Origin: Heptranchias perlo
Taxonomy: Eukaryota
Assembly (NCBI RefSeq): GCF_035084215.1
Contig: NC_090356.1
Span: forward strand, 22,134,001-22,198,000
Direction of reading: 5' to 3'
Length of the DNA stretch: 64,000 nt
Positions 1 through 12,030 of this stretch are shown piece by piece. The position numbers and the translations under genes are program-made. The notes below the pieces were generated by a model, which did no database searches, was not told where the DNA came from, and was given only the letters and a program-made list of their open reading frames with translations. Numbering within the stretch: the stretch's first letter is position 1; the number at the start of each line of letters is the position of its first letter.

Positions 1-1066
1 TAGCATCGTACCAATGAAAAGATGTAAACAATGTAATCATGGACAGATAACAGTAAATTCAGGAATCCTGCACTCCTAGTGAATATCTTAATTCGGCAGG
101 AATTCAGACCAGAGATAGGGCCACTGCAGCGCCAATTCTTTGACCTGCACGCCTGTCACGTAAGGCTCTCCATTGGGAGCAAAGGGTTGCTGAAGAAACA
201 AATCTTTTGTAGATTTATGAATAGAGGTTTTCAAACTGGAGTTATTAATCACTAGGAAGAATTGGATGGAGACTTCCCAAACTCATTTCACATTAAGACC
301 CTTACAGCCAGCAGACAAGAGAGACTTTCATCCCATTAGTCCGAGCACTGATATTCCTTAAGAGCTCGCTTGATTCATTTTGACTGAGGTAAAACTAATA
401 TTGCTTGGAGCTTCATTAATGGCAATGGGAAAAAAACCACACACACTTCAAAAGGGTAAGAAAATGCAATTTTCCAAGATGATCATTTATTACACCTCTC
501 AGCAGATTTAATTGTGCATTTATACTGACGCTTATGTGTTGTTGTGAAGCGATTTCCAAAGCAACACAAAAACCACAATATAACGCTGATCAGGATCTGA
601 AGCGCAATGGGTCTGAGACACTCCTCCTTAGAGAGGTTGTCTTACTCCACGTGGGCTTGATATCGCATATGAATTCACTGTGGTGTCGATCCAGGTTTAA
701 GAGGTGTTTATGTGGTCTGTTGGACCACCTGTAAACTTTGCAATCTAACAGTTAGTTTTTCTTTAATATTCTGAGAAAGCAGATGCTCCTGCCCACACTG
801 GCAAGCCCATCAAAATTTACTGACTGGGAGAAGAGTATGATTTCAATCAGGCAGCATAAATCAGGTACACAGTAGCTACCAGTTGCGGACCAATAATACA
901 GGATAACCACCGTCAAAGACTAATTCAATCTTGGGTTCAGATGACAAACATAAACTGCTTGATCTCTACTCTCATTGGTTTGGACATCACCAGATCCTCT
1001 TCAGTTGGCCTCTTGATTTGTAATTCACAGAGCGCTTAATCAGCATATCGTCCTTGTACCATATAC

Positions 1067-1180
1067 CTCAGCTCGCTGCCTCTGTTTGAGTTCTTGTAAA
1101 GCAGATTTCTGTTTGGCTTTGTCCCCTCGGTAGGCTGGCTCCTTTGGCTTTGGTTTCTCCTTACGACAAGATGGTTCCAT
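1067..1180 (-). CDS. SVBP: Small vasohibin-binding protein, first coding exon (exon 2, whole exon 1067-1183); final coding exon not found in window
   Basis: Hand translation: [38 protein letters not shown], matching human [42 protein letters not shown]|IYALN. Acceptor ttttgcag|AAGATGG (strong Kozak); phase-0 donor GAG|gtatat at 1066. Confidence 0.93.
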
Positions 1181-1267
1181 CTTCTGCAAAATGAACAATT
1201 TGAAGGTAAAGACCGAGTTGGTCTGAACGCTGTTTGAAATGGCTTATCATTGGGCTAAACGTATATA

Positions 1268-1530
1268 ATAACAACTTGCATTTAGATAGCACCTTTAACA
1301 TAAAAAAAATCATCGTAAGGTGCTTCCCAACTGGAAATAGGCAGGGAAATGAACACCAAGCTTTGGAGGAAGAGATAAGGAGTGGCAACTGAAAGACTGA
1401 TCAAAATTTGGGTTTTGATTAGCTTTTAAAAGAGGATTGAGAAGTGAAAAGGCAGAGATAGTTAGGTAGGGAGTTCCATTGAATGATGCCAAGGCAGCTG
1501 AAGGCTTTACAACCACATGGTTAAGGTGCA
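1268..1530 (-). mobile_element. L2-type LINE 3' fragment
   Basis: Tail acaacttgcatttagatagcacctttaac is the same tail as at 37960 and 60030. Confidence 0.6.
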
Positions 1531-1639
1531 CTTTTTAAACAGATCTGGTTCTCATTCAGAGGTATTTCACTCCAAAAATACAATAAAACTTGGGTATGAG
1601 GCCCAAGTGGACTACAAATCATTTATAAAATGCCAAATT

Positions 1640-2030
1640 GTTCTACTCCTCTCCTGACGGCAATGGCTTCTTACAGGGATACAATTTCATGGGCGATTGT
1701 CATCCTGTGTGAACGTCGCACAAGTAGCCTCTGTTGATGTGCGAGCCTAGACAATGTTATTTGACTGTTGGCATTGTAGCCAAACCTGACCCTGCCCTGC
1801 TCCGAAGACCACACATAGGCAATTTCAATGGATAGTGAAGAGGAGTGGGAACCCTGGCTGATTTTTCCTCTCACTAACCCAGGGCCACTGAGGTCAATCG
1901 TAAGGCCACTCTGGCTGAGAACTGCTGAACTCGTCAGGAATCAAGAACGGAAGCCGGGCCCTTCTCCTCTATCTGGCCCACCTACCCAGACTGGGAGGTA
2001 TATCTTCTTCACTCAAGTCACGGCGGGGGC
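1640..2030 (-). mobile_element. Old tRNA-headed SINE, family unassigned ('SINE-A'; about 19 copies or fragments in window)
   Basis: Shared blocks ctcctgaagg...ggccattcttcatgtgtgagcctagac...accctggctgattttcc...ctgaggccaattgta recur at ~2600, 9965(+), 10530, 11530, 15700(+), 17395, 19290, 22020, 33330, 34370(+), 36230, 39290, 44990, 49400(+), 58690, 60800, 63580. Confidence 0.7.
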
Positions 2031-2079
2031 CATTTAACATTGACAGAAGCTGCAATGAAAAGTCACAGCTTGCAACTGA

Positions 2080-2400
2080 ATCAAATCGCCCGCTAGGCGG
2101 CTAACGGGCTTTGGTACTAAAATATATCGTTACTGATGCTTCCTCAAAGGGAGCTGTGACCGCTTTTACTCACCACAGGCCAAGTTAAACCGCAGCGATT
2201 ATTCCAGCGGAACCCGTTGCCGCCGCTTTCTTCAGTCTGCAGCCACGGGAACTAATTGCTGCACGGACGGTTCCAGGTCCGGCCCTCAAACCGCTCCGGG
2301 CGGCCTGGTTTCCATGGAGACGGAGCCACAGCACAATGACAGGCGGGCAATGAGTGCTCAGGTTAATGGGAAAGAGATTGCACATCAGTAACTGCAGGAG
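2080..2400 (-). promoter_or_regulatory. CpG-rich SVBP promoter with RFX X-box and GC box
   Basis: High CpG density against an AT-rich, CpG-poor background; GTTTCCATGGAGAC (2308-2321) is one mismatch from the palindromic X-box GTTTCCATGGAAAC; GGGCGG at 2298-2303. Confidence 0.7.
2174..2300 (-). other. SVBP: Non-coding exon 1 of SVBP (5' boundary approximate)
   Basis: Consensus donor GTG|gtgagt at 2173-2168; no ATG on the minus strand in 2174-2300; lies in a CpG-rich patch ~1 kb upstream of the ATG exon. Confidence 0.7.
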
Positions 2401-3339
2401 GGAGGGTGTAATCCTGTGAGATTCTCTTTTAAGGTGACATAGGGATTGATCGAGGTTTCATTTCAAAGAAATGAAAGGAAACAGTATGGAAAATGTAAAT
2501 CTGAAAAATTACTTTAAATTGTGAAAGCATCACCAGGAACTATAGGTTCAAACTGGTAGAAGGTAAGTTTAGATCTAAAAAGAAAATACTTTCCATCCAA
2601 TTTCCCCCTCCTTTCTTGAAAGTGCTAACTTATGTTGGGACACCATGTCAATCAGACTTTTCCCTTCCTTAGTCCAGGGCATTGAGGCACATTTATCTCC
2701 CTTACCACTACTCAGACTGAGATCAACTAAATCAGGATTGAAGTAAGTTCATACTTTTTGTTACTTTAAAAAATATATATATTTATAAACTATAGTCCTG
2801 GCTGAGGGACAATGGCACTCATTCTCAGGAAGTGACAGACTGGCCTGGAACTTGAGCCCATGTCTCTGTCTCTTGGGAGCTAACCACAGGATGCAACACT
2901 TCTACTAGTATGAGAGGGAAAGGCAATGTCTAGTGAGGCTGACCAGACACTCATGAGTAAGTCACAAATGGGTTTTGGGGGATCTGCTGAGTGAATGTGC
3001 AGGTATTTGCCATCCCACTGCACACTATAATGCTCTAATTCTACCACTCACTGTGAAGTGTGTGTGTGTGTGACGATTTATTTGTCTCAGTTGCCAGATT
3101 GCACATCTTGTATAAAATGAACTCTAGTTCATGTCTGAGTGTCGTCAGGACTCTTCAACATGTGGAATTGATTTCCCGATAAAGACAGTGGAGGCAAGAA
3201 CACTGGAATCATATGAGATGAACCACAGAATCCTTGATTCTCCTAAACTGCACAGGTGTTATGGAGCTTTGGGGCCACATGTAACATATAAATACACTTT
3301 CACATTAATCTGTATAAATCTTGAGTTGTTAACACCAAC

Positions 3340-3760
3340 AGAACAGGCTGGGGCTCTTTTCACTAGAAAAGAGAAGGCTGAGCAGTGAGATCTTTAGAGA
3401 TCTTCAAAATTATGAAGGGGTTTGATAGGGTAGAAAGAGAAGCTGTTTCTGTAGGTGGAGGATTCCAAAATTGGGGTCATGAATATAAGATAGTCACTAA
3501 TAAATCTAATATGGAATTCAGGAGAAACTTCTTTGCCCAGAGAGTGGTTAGAATGCGGAACTTGCTACCACAAGGAGCAGATGAGGCAAATAGCATAAAT
3601 GCATTTAAGGGAAAGCTAGATAAGTACATGAGGGAAAAATGAATAGAAGGATATGTTGATAAGGTTAGTAGGGTGAAAGGAGGCTCGTGTGGAGCATAAA
3701 CACCTGCATGGATCATTTGGGCCGAATGGCCTGTTTCTGTGCTATAAATTCTATATAATC
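3340..3760 (+). mobile_element. CR1 LINE 3' end
   Basis: ORF 3385-3642 EIFKIMKGFDRV...RRNFFAQRVVRM is the CR1 ORF2 C-terminus; followed by the CR1 3'UTR gggccgaatggcctgtttctgtgct. Confidence 0.85.
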
Positions 3761-4915
3761 ACCTATTGGGGATTGCACGTGAGACCCTCCTTGTCTGAAA
3801 GGCTCAGTTTTATATGGGGTGGTGGATTTACCAACTAAATCATTAAGGAAGCTGGGAAAATATTTTTATTCACATTTAGGAACCATAGCAATTTTTATAA
3901 AAATGGCCATGTAATCATATTAAGATTTGTTTGGTTGGCTTTTGAAAATAAGTATTTTATGGGAACAAATGAGCAGGTTATAAGTTGCATTTGCTGGGCT
4001 TACCACAGCTGTATTTCACTGTATAACTGCTGTTTGTACAAAGCTATATACATCCAGTATTGTCACTACCTGCAGTGTACTGTGCAAGGTATGTAATTAT
4101 TATTGATCGTTGCTGGAGTTCAAATGTTGCCAGTCCCTATTAGACTGTTCACATTTTCAGTCCCAACTGGTTCCAAACTAGACCGAGAGACAGTTAGAGC
4201 TACTTGGTTGTAAAGCTGGCAGATATTGAAACATGGCTGTGTAGTAAATACTGCATCAAAATCTTCCTGAATTATGCAATGCTTTTAATTCCTAAAACTA
4301 TACAGGGTAGAATGTTCTTCAGTAATGCATAGGGTAAAACTGGGCTGTTATTAGGTACACCTAAGTTCAATTGCTTCAGACTACCCTTCATGTTCCACCC
4401 ATGATCACAAATATCTCCATAATATTCAGCGTTCCTCTAACCACTGCTCTCGCTGATACACCTGTCTCATTATCACCTCCTTTTGCCTTGCACCATCATC
4501 ATTTTTGTCATGTAGTCACTCCTGCCCTCCATCCTATCATTGATCTCTCCCTTTTGTTTTTTCCTGCCCCCTTTTTCCTGGATCTGTACTTGCTTAAAAG
4601 TTGTTCATCTCGAACATCTTCCACTTCTGTTGAAAGAGCATCAACCTGAAACATTGGGCCCGATGTTACCAGGGCTGCGGGTTCTCGGCGGGGGGGCTAT
4701 CGGGCGCATGGGTAACGCTCCCGGCAAAATCAGTCAGCCACCCGCGCGATCGTAGCCCAATTGGATCCACTTACCTTGTCCTCCGGGTTCCCCACTGCTG
4801 ATCTGCGTGTCGGGCGGGCTGCGCATGCGCAGTAAGATCTGTCAGCTGGAGGAGCTCCATTTAAAGGGGCAGTCCTCCACTGACAGATGCTGCAACAAAT
4901 AGAAAAAATTACAGC

Positions 4916-5160
4916 ATGGAGCAGCCCAGGGGGAAGGCTGCTCCCAGTTTAATGATGCCTCATTCCAGGTATCAATACACGGGGTGAAGAGGAGGGGGAG
5001 GACAGAGATCTTCCCCCCGGCGGGCGGGAGGAAGCGGCCTGCCTCTGCCACCAGGAAGGCCTGGCTCGAGGTGGCAGAGGAGGTCACCTGCACCACCAAC
5101 ATATCGCCCACCTGCATACAATGCAGGAGGCGCCCCAATGACCTCAGTAGGTCAGCCGAA
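4916..5160 (+). pseudogene. Harbinger Myb/SANT-like DNA-binding protein, first exon (frameshifted)
   Basis: MEQPRGKAAP/fs/FNDASFQV...RKAWLEVAEEVTCTTNISPTCIQCRRRPNDLSRSAE, the trihelix MSANTD/NAIF1-like pattern, then donor gtgagt at 5161. Confidence 0.75.
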
Positions 5161-5689
5161 GTGAGTACACTTACTCTTTCCCCTGCACTCCGTCTGCCAC
5201 ATCACCGCCCCTACCCCACATCTCCTTCTGCACTGCCAACACTACTCTGTCACATCACCCCTCATACCCACTCAAACCTCATCCTCATCTTACCTGCACC
5301 TACTCACCTCGCCAGTACTCATCCCGCCACTACCACTCAACCCAATCCTCATACAATCTCATGGCTGTATCTCATACTTACCCTCTCGTGCATCTCTTTC
5401 ACGGTCAGCCTCACTCAACCTGCCACTACCTGTGCTGCAGCCACAGGGCATGCATCACATATGTGCAGTAGGCAGCGTAAGGCAAACGTGTCGTGAGCAT
5501 GAAGGGGATGCACAAGGGTGTTTGAGGGTTTGTCATGGTTGTTACTTATATTGAATTTCTGACCAACTCACATTACATATTATATTGGCACCATTACTGC
5601 CACGTCTTCGCGAATCTTGTCTGGTTTGTGCAATAATGCCCTTTCCTGAGGATCACTATGAAGACCCACAACTGATGCCACCCATTGTG

Positions 5690-6190
5690 TCACTGCAGAG
5701 TGGGTGTAGGTGTATTTGCAGGGCTCTTTTGTGCAGACGGCTGAGAGATATCGGCGATGTCCCCGGTTGCATCCTGGAAGGATGCGGAGGAGAAGTTGTT
5801 GAGGGCACTGGTGACTTTGACAGCGACAGGTAAGAAGATGGTGCTCGGGCCAGCCAGGAGCAGCTTGGCATGAAGGAGGCTGCAGATGTCCATGACTACA
5901 TGTCGAGTGACTCTGAGCCTCCGTGTGCACTGCTGCTCAGAGAGGTCCAGGAAGCTGAGCCTCGGTCTGTGGACCCTGTGGCAAGGGTAGTGCCCTCTGC
6001 GATGCATCTCTCTCTGCGGTAACCCTCCCTCCTGCTGTACAGGTGGATGTGTCACAGCACTCTGTTGTGGAGCTTCACATGTCAGAGGTGGACGGCGTGG
6101 ATGGCGAGGCTGGCGAGGCTGGTGAGGCTGGTGATGCTGTTCGCCCTCCGAGGAGGTCATGACTGCAGCTACGGCGGCCCCCATCCGGAA
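5690..6190 (-). pseudogene. Harbinger transposase (HARBI1-like) N-terminal remnant
   Basis: RPRLSFLDLSEQQCTRRLRVTR...LPVAVKVTSALNNFSSASFQDATGDIADISQPS matches the HARBI1 HTH region; no DDE core follows. Confidence 0.8.
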
Positions 6191-7154
6191 GATGTACATC
6201 TGAGGGGGTCCACAAAGTAGGTACATGTCTCTGGACCCCGGGGTAAGTGTGCAAGTTGGTGACTTTGATTGTCAGGAGGAGGGTGGTGGAGGCCAAACTT
6301 TGTCCCAAGTGACAGAGTGGCCTCCTGCAATGAGTGGGGGTCTCCCAGCCCCACCTGTCAAATGGACCTTTGCAGCTGCCACAGGCTGACAGCTGCAACA
6401 CGTCCATTTGAACTGGGAGTGTTTCCCCCAGTGTGGGAAATAGTCCCAGTTTGCTTTAAAATCCCACCCCTCCTCACATAATCCCTTAATCAGGTCAGTT
6501 AATGACCTGAACAAGCAAAGTAAACAGCTTCAAGTGGCATCCTGCTGGCTTTAATTGCCTGCGGGATTCCCACCAGCGGGGGCTGCGCGTTCACGCCGGC
6601 GCGTCAGTGGCCGGGTTGGAGTCGGGCTCCCGACCCATTCCGGTATTCTCTGATTTTCGGAGCCCCCCCGCCAGGAACGCACCCGATAGCGGGTGCTAAT
6701 GATGCCCATTAACTCTGTTTTTCTCTCCACAGATGCTGCCTGATCTGCTGAGTGTTTGCAGCATTTTCTGTTTTTATTTCAGATTTCCAGCATCCAGTAT
6801 TTTGATTTTGTTATATACAAGCATGTTGGGAAAGAGTGAGAAAAAGCTTGAATTATCCACTCATCTTTAATTTCTTGGGGGTGAAATTTCTTCTGTTGGT
6901 AAAAAATACAACTTTATACTCACGAAGACCTATTTGCTAAATTTATTGACAATGGAATTTCACCTTGATATTTTTTCAGCTGATGCATTTTGTTGTTGCA
7001 ATACTGCTTTGGTACAGCATGTGGCAGTGTTGTGCCATGAACCAGTTGTGATACAGTTTGGCACAGTTATAGGCCCCATTCTTACACAGATTTAAAAAGG
7101 AATAAAAGTTTCTTGTTCGCCCTGCCTTAATACATACTAAGTACAAAACATATT

Positions 7155-8010
7155 GGGGCAGAAATTCCTTGGGACGTCATCCCAGTGTTACCCTGGGCAG
7201 CCAGTTGCTGGGGTTTGTGGGGTCAGTGGGAGAGCTGCTAATTTGCACAGGGCAGGCAGGCACAAGTGTCACTACAGGCACACCTCTGCATGTGGCCGGA
7301 AAATCCAGTGCCTTCCCGCCAACCCTGGCTATATCCCCCTTGGCACCCTACGTAAGGGGGGCATCTATTGTTTTCAAAAAAATTGAGGCCTATCTTCAAG
7401 GTAAATTCCCTGGCCTGGACCCCACCAGTGGGGCCCATTTTCACCCATCTGAAGGCCAGTACGCTTGAATTCACTTGGCATACTGAGCTCCAGAGATATG
7501 CCACGTCCCTACTGTGCCAGGCTACTGGAAGCTCCAGATATACGGAGTCCCCTCCCCTGGCACTTACATTTGCCTTCTAAGGGGCAGGAGAAGGTTTTGC
7601 CGAGGCCCACCGGAGACTCTGAGAAACGGGGTAGACTCAACGCAACCAAGTCTGTGCCATTTTCCAGTTGGTTCTGCCAGTCTCCTGTTGGAGTAATGGT
7701 GGGAGACCTGGGGAACCCCGTAGGGTTGCCAGCTCTGGTTGGATGTATTCTTGGAGGTTTCATCACATGACTTCCCATCTCCAACCTCCCCACCCAGTCA
7801 AACAGCCTTTCCCCCCCCCCACCCCCCGCCAATACTTTTATAACGAATAAATTAAAGTGTTCAAAGAACGTGAAAAAAAATACATTTTTTCAATGCCCGC
7901 ATGATTTTTTCTCCCAGGTTGCTTGTGGCAATTAATCTTTCATTCCTGGAGACTCCAGGACAATCCTGGAGGGTGGCAACCCTAAACCCCTGCAGATTTT
8001 TGGACCAATT
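7155..8010. mobile_element. GC-rich MITE-like element hosting the hAT-like MITE
   Basis: Starts ggggcagaaattcc; GC-rich body abruptly distinct from flanks; right end uncertain. Confidence 0.4.
7721..7984. mobile_element. hAT-like (Blackjack-type termini) MITE, 264 bp
   Basis: TIRs TAGGGTTGCCA / TGGCAACCCTA; imperfect flank duplication aaccccg / aacccct; second copy at 16898. Confidence 0.75.
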
Positions 8011-8606
8011 TTCTGCAAACCTTTGGAATAAAAAATCTTTTTGGGGGTGGCCATCAAGTATTTTTTGGATCTGAAAACCAGTTGGTAAAAAGCTGTTTTA
8101 TGATCACTGTATGTAAAATAACAACAGGGATGAGCATGCATGTGGGTTGGACCCCTTTCTGGTTTTGGACTGGGCAAAATGTGGAAACCCTAGAACAGTC
8201 AGAACAACATCTTGCTACCCTAGGACATATCCTATTTATAATAGTTCTCAAATAAAATCCTTCTGGAAAGAGACTGTGTCTAATTAGCCTCTGTGAAGCA
8301 TCTTGGGACATTTATCTACATAAAAGGTGCTGTATAAATGCCAGTTGTTGTTATAGAGGTCACAAGAACTGTGGATGGCTTTACTACCTCCGTAGTCCTA
8401 GCCCTAAGCTTGGTCTTCTACTATGACGGTAAGTGATTCCTGCTGCTTGAAGCTGGCACAGTTTCTGCTTCTGCACATGAGAAGGTGCATCCCACTATTG
8501 TGGCACAACCCACCTCCCCCCATGGCAAACATGGACTACACACCTATGGGGCATAAGCCAGTCTGAGTGAGTAAAGCATGGAATGCGCCTGCAGCTGGAG
8601 AAGATC

Positions 8607-9041
8607 CAAAGCGTGTTGGCACGCCATCCACCACCCTAAACATTCACTCCCTTCACCACTGGCGCACGGTGGCTGCAGTGTGTACCATACACAGGATGCA
8701 CTGCAGCAACTCGCCAAGGCTTCTTCGACAGCACCTCCCAAACCCGCGACCTCTACCACCTGGAAGGACAAGAGCAGCAGGCACATGGGAACAACACCAC
8801 CTGCACGTTCCCCTCCAAGTCACACACCATCCCGACTTGGAAATATATCGCCATTCCTTCATCGTCGCTGGGTCAAAATCCTGGAACTCCCTTCCTAACA
8901 ACACTGTAGGAGAACCGTCACCACACGGACTGCAGCGATTCAAGAAGGCGGCTCACCACCACCTTCTCAAGGGCAATTAGGGATGGGCAATAAATGCTGG
9001 CCTTGCCAGCGACGCCCACATCCCATGAATGAATAAAAAAA
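8607..9041 (+). mobile_element. Well-preserved CR1/L2-group LINE 3' end
   Basis: ORF 8567-8980 ends ...NIHSLHHWRTVAAVCTI...SFIVAGSKSWNSLPN...LQRFKKAAHHHLLKGN*; tail atgaatgaataaaaaaa. Confidence 0.8.
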
Positions 9042-12030
9042 AGCTCCATTGCATCCAAATCCCTCTCTCAACTCCACAGCTGAGGGGCCAGAATTAAGAG
9101 AAGAACATTGAGGCATCAATAAACTCACTGCCTGCCCCAACATTTCCACTCACCAGATACCACTCAAATCCCACCAACACCCATTGTCTCCACTCAGTTT
9201 AGGCCTACTGGACCCTATGTACAGTGCTATTCAAATGTACACAATTGTTTTTAAAACTTTCAAAATACACAGCAGGTTTGTGAGCATCGGAAAAGACAGG
9301 TTAACAATTCAGATAGAGACTGTCAAAACTGAAAAATGAGAATGATTTCAGACTTCCAGTATTTGCAGTTTTCCCTTCTCGTCTCCCCTAAGACCAAGTG
9401 CTATGTGATCTGTACAGTACCATGTCTCAACAAACATTGCACAACTCAGCAAAACCTTGTTTTAAGAAAAAAAGTTAGTGAGTTTTTTCAACACAAGAAA
9501 ATCATCTGAATCTGCTTTCGATTCCACTCCGTGACTTTATGAGTATTATAAGTAGAGCGAAGTCACACGACAAATCTCACAAATTTCTACAGTTACCACA
9601 TGCTGTCTAAACACTGCAATGAAAATGCCAGGTTCACTTGTTATGATTATAAGTCTTGGAGTATCCTCAATAGCTAGCAGTAAAATACAATTGAATCAAG
9701 GGGCTCTCTCAAGGTTTACAATGCCATCAAAACCCTTTAGTTTGATTCCTGGCCAGTATCTGTTTGCCAGCATTCACATTCTTTATAATATTATTCCATG
9801 GCTTATACTTTCTGTTAATTAGTTCACACCTTATTTTATGACCAAGTTGGAGTTTTAAAAAATATCATGACAAGACTTCTCAAGCATAATGGATTGTGAT
9901 TTGGAGCTGGCGGGATGCTGGACTATTTTGGATGATGAAATATGGAAAACTTTCAACAAAATATAGTTTCTCCAATGGCCTGGTGGGGTGAATGTACTGC
10001 ACAGTGTGGTACTAGGCTATACAGACCAGGAATTATCACCAGCTGTGCTGTGTTTGCTGATCTCAGCCAGGGAACTACAAATGGCCTCAGTTCCCTTTGG
10101 CTCGGGAGGGGTAATCTCAGTCAGAGTCCCTGCTCTTGATTGCAGTTAAATAGGCCCAGCCGAAAGGTGTGCATGTGTGGGTGATGCCCTTCATGTGCAT
10201 TTTTTCTACAATTAAGCATGAACATCGGTCATTTGGGTGAAATACTGGAGGGCTGCTCACATTGACGGAACAGTATACGACAATAAAATCAACTTGCATT
10301 GATAGCACGTTTAACGTGAAAAATATCCCAAGGTACTTAACAAAGTACTTAAGGGAGAAAGACTGATGGAAAATGTAATATTAGGAAGGTAAGGCTGTGA
10401 CATTCCCCCCCCCACCTCGGGTGGTTATTACTGCCAATGATGCAAGTGCAGAATTACAGCAGTTATTTAGTCCTGCGAATGCTAGTGATAGATCCCTGAT
10501 AATTTACAGCCCCCCCCCCCCCATAATTGCTCCTCCTGAAGGCACTGAGCCAGCTGCAGTACAACTCCTTGGGAACCAAGTGGCCATTCTTATGTGAGTC
10601 AAGACAGAAGGCTGATCCTGTTCTGACCCAGTGTCCACAGACATGCATTTTATAGCAAGGATGACCAGATAACAATCAGGATTGGAATTCTGTCTGCCTT
10701 TTTTCCACCCCCTGAGCCCTGGGGTGCTTATACCAACTGTAACACCTCGATTGCTCCCCTCCCCCCTCCCAAGACTGAAATCAGGTAACTCAGCACAGAC
10801 TGGGAATGGAACTCGGGACTATCTAGTCTTATATAGCTTATCACTACATTAGGCAGTGCTTTATCCAGTAGACCAAGTAGGTTTGATTTACAGTTTGTTT
10901 ATGAGATACTATGCAGTTCTGGCATCACTTTGTCAGTTTTGTGTCTAGTTGACTGGAGACTGTAGCAGAATACCTAACCCCCATGCAGATCCTGACACGC
11001 TGTATTATTCGCGAGTATCACTTGTCAACAAGTACTTGTAGTAAATAGCTGCTGAAAGCTGTTAATTCTACAAATTGTAAAATTGCTGAAATTCTTTCAC
11101 CCACCTGGAAACCCAGAGTGTTCAGCACACACTGTCACAACAATGTCAAATAATACTAACATTTTCATACTTAATAACCCTGAAGAATGCAAGCAACAGC
11201 AAGCACGGGGAATAAAAAAATTCCAGCTTTTTCTCTCTGTCTCTATGAGATCAGCACTCTTGCTAGATTGCTGGCTTGATCGTAGTTTAAGCTCGGTCTT
11301 ACAGGTCAAGCAATTATCCCGGAGTAACCCCCATCTCAACCAGTTAGGTTTTTTTTTCAGTCTCTGGGATATAGGCGGCACACTGAGAACTTGACTCGGA
11401 TCTTGAAGGTCATGAGGCCAAGTTCCAGGGCTGGCTCTCAGTCAAACCTGCTCACCTTTGGTTTAGGGTGAATTTTGTTGGTGGTCTTTGTGGAGCTTCG
11501 AGTGCAAAGATGAGATGTTCCATCTAGTTTTGTTTTCCTTCTTTCCTGAAGTTGCTGACTTCTGCTGGCATACCATTCCACAGGCGTTGGCAGCCATTTG
11601 GCACCTCGACCAAGTGGCCGTCCTTCAAATGTGAACCTACAAAGTGAGTGTTAGCAGGCTACTCAACCATAGAAGGCATCACCACTGACCCTGATCATAC
11701 ACTCATCTGTCACCTACATGTACACTTTCCAACAGGAATCACTGGACAGTGATTAGAAGTGTGAATTCTGGCTGATTTTCCTTTTCCTGATTCGGGGCGC
11801 TGAGGCCAGTTGTATTACCTCCTGCCCCAGATGACATCAGCTCATTGAATACAGATTTTGAGAGAGGGAGCTTCAGGCCTGCAATGGTTAATATCATGCC
11901 ATGCAGTGCAGTTACCTACTTGGGGAATTAGGAGGAGGGAAGGGAAAAACTGACCATTGACAATGGAGATGCCAGAAAGCCCTGCCATCCTGGATGGAGG
12001 AGGATCTACACTGGCTACCAGCTTACTACA

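Larger units (their letters stand above)
4656..6707. mobile_element. PIF/Harbinger DNA transposon, internally deleted (2052 bp)
   Basis: 3-bp TSD ATT (4653-4655 / 6708-6710); GGGC termini with shared subterminal ggcgggggggct; convergent Myb/SANT (+) and HARBI1-like transposase (-) remnants. Confidence 0.85.
4440..6810 (+). mobile_element. Penelope-like element terminus split by the Harbinger insertion (4440-4655 and 6708-6810)
   Basis: Rejoined flanks give cctgaaacATTaactctgtttttctctccacagatgctgcctgatctgctgagt; the same terminal motif occurs at 9290-9380, 38860-38945(-), 48180-48295 and 55465-55590. Confidence 0.55.

Noticed and set aside
590-1183. Alternative reading of the 1067-1183 and 728-590 segments as a novel ORF ending ...TTSLRRSVSDPLRFRS*
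   Set aside because: The other frame has a strong Kozak ATG and clearly encodes SVBP; this frame has no start codon and no recognisable homology.
11097-11394. Overlapping 94-aa and 103-aa ORFs
   Set aside because: No recognisable domain and no convincing splice or start context.
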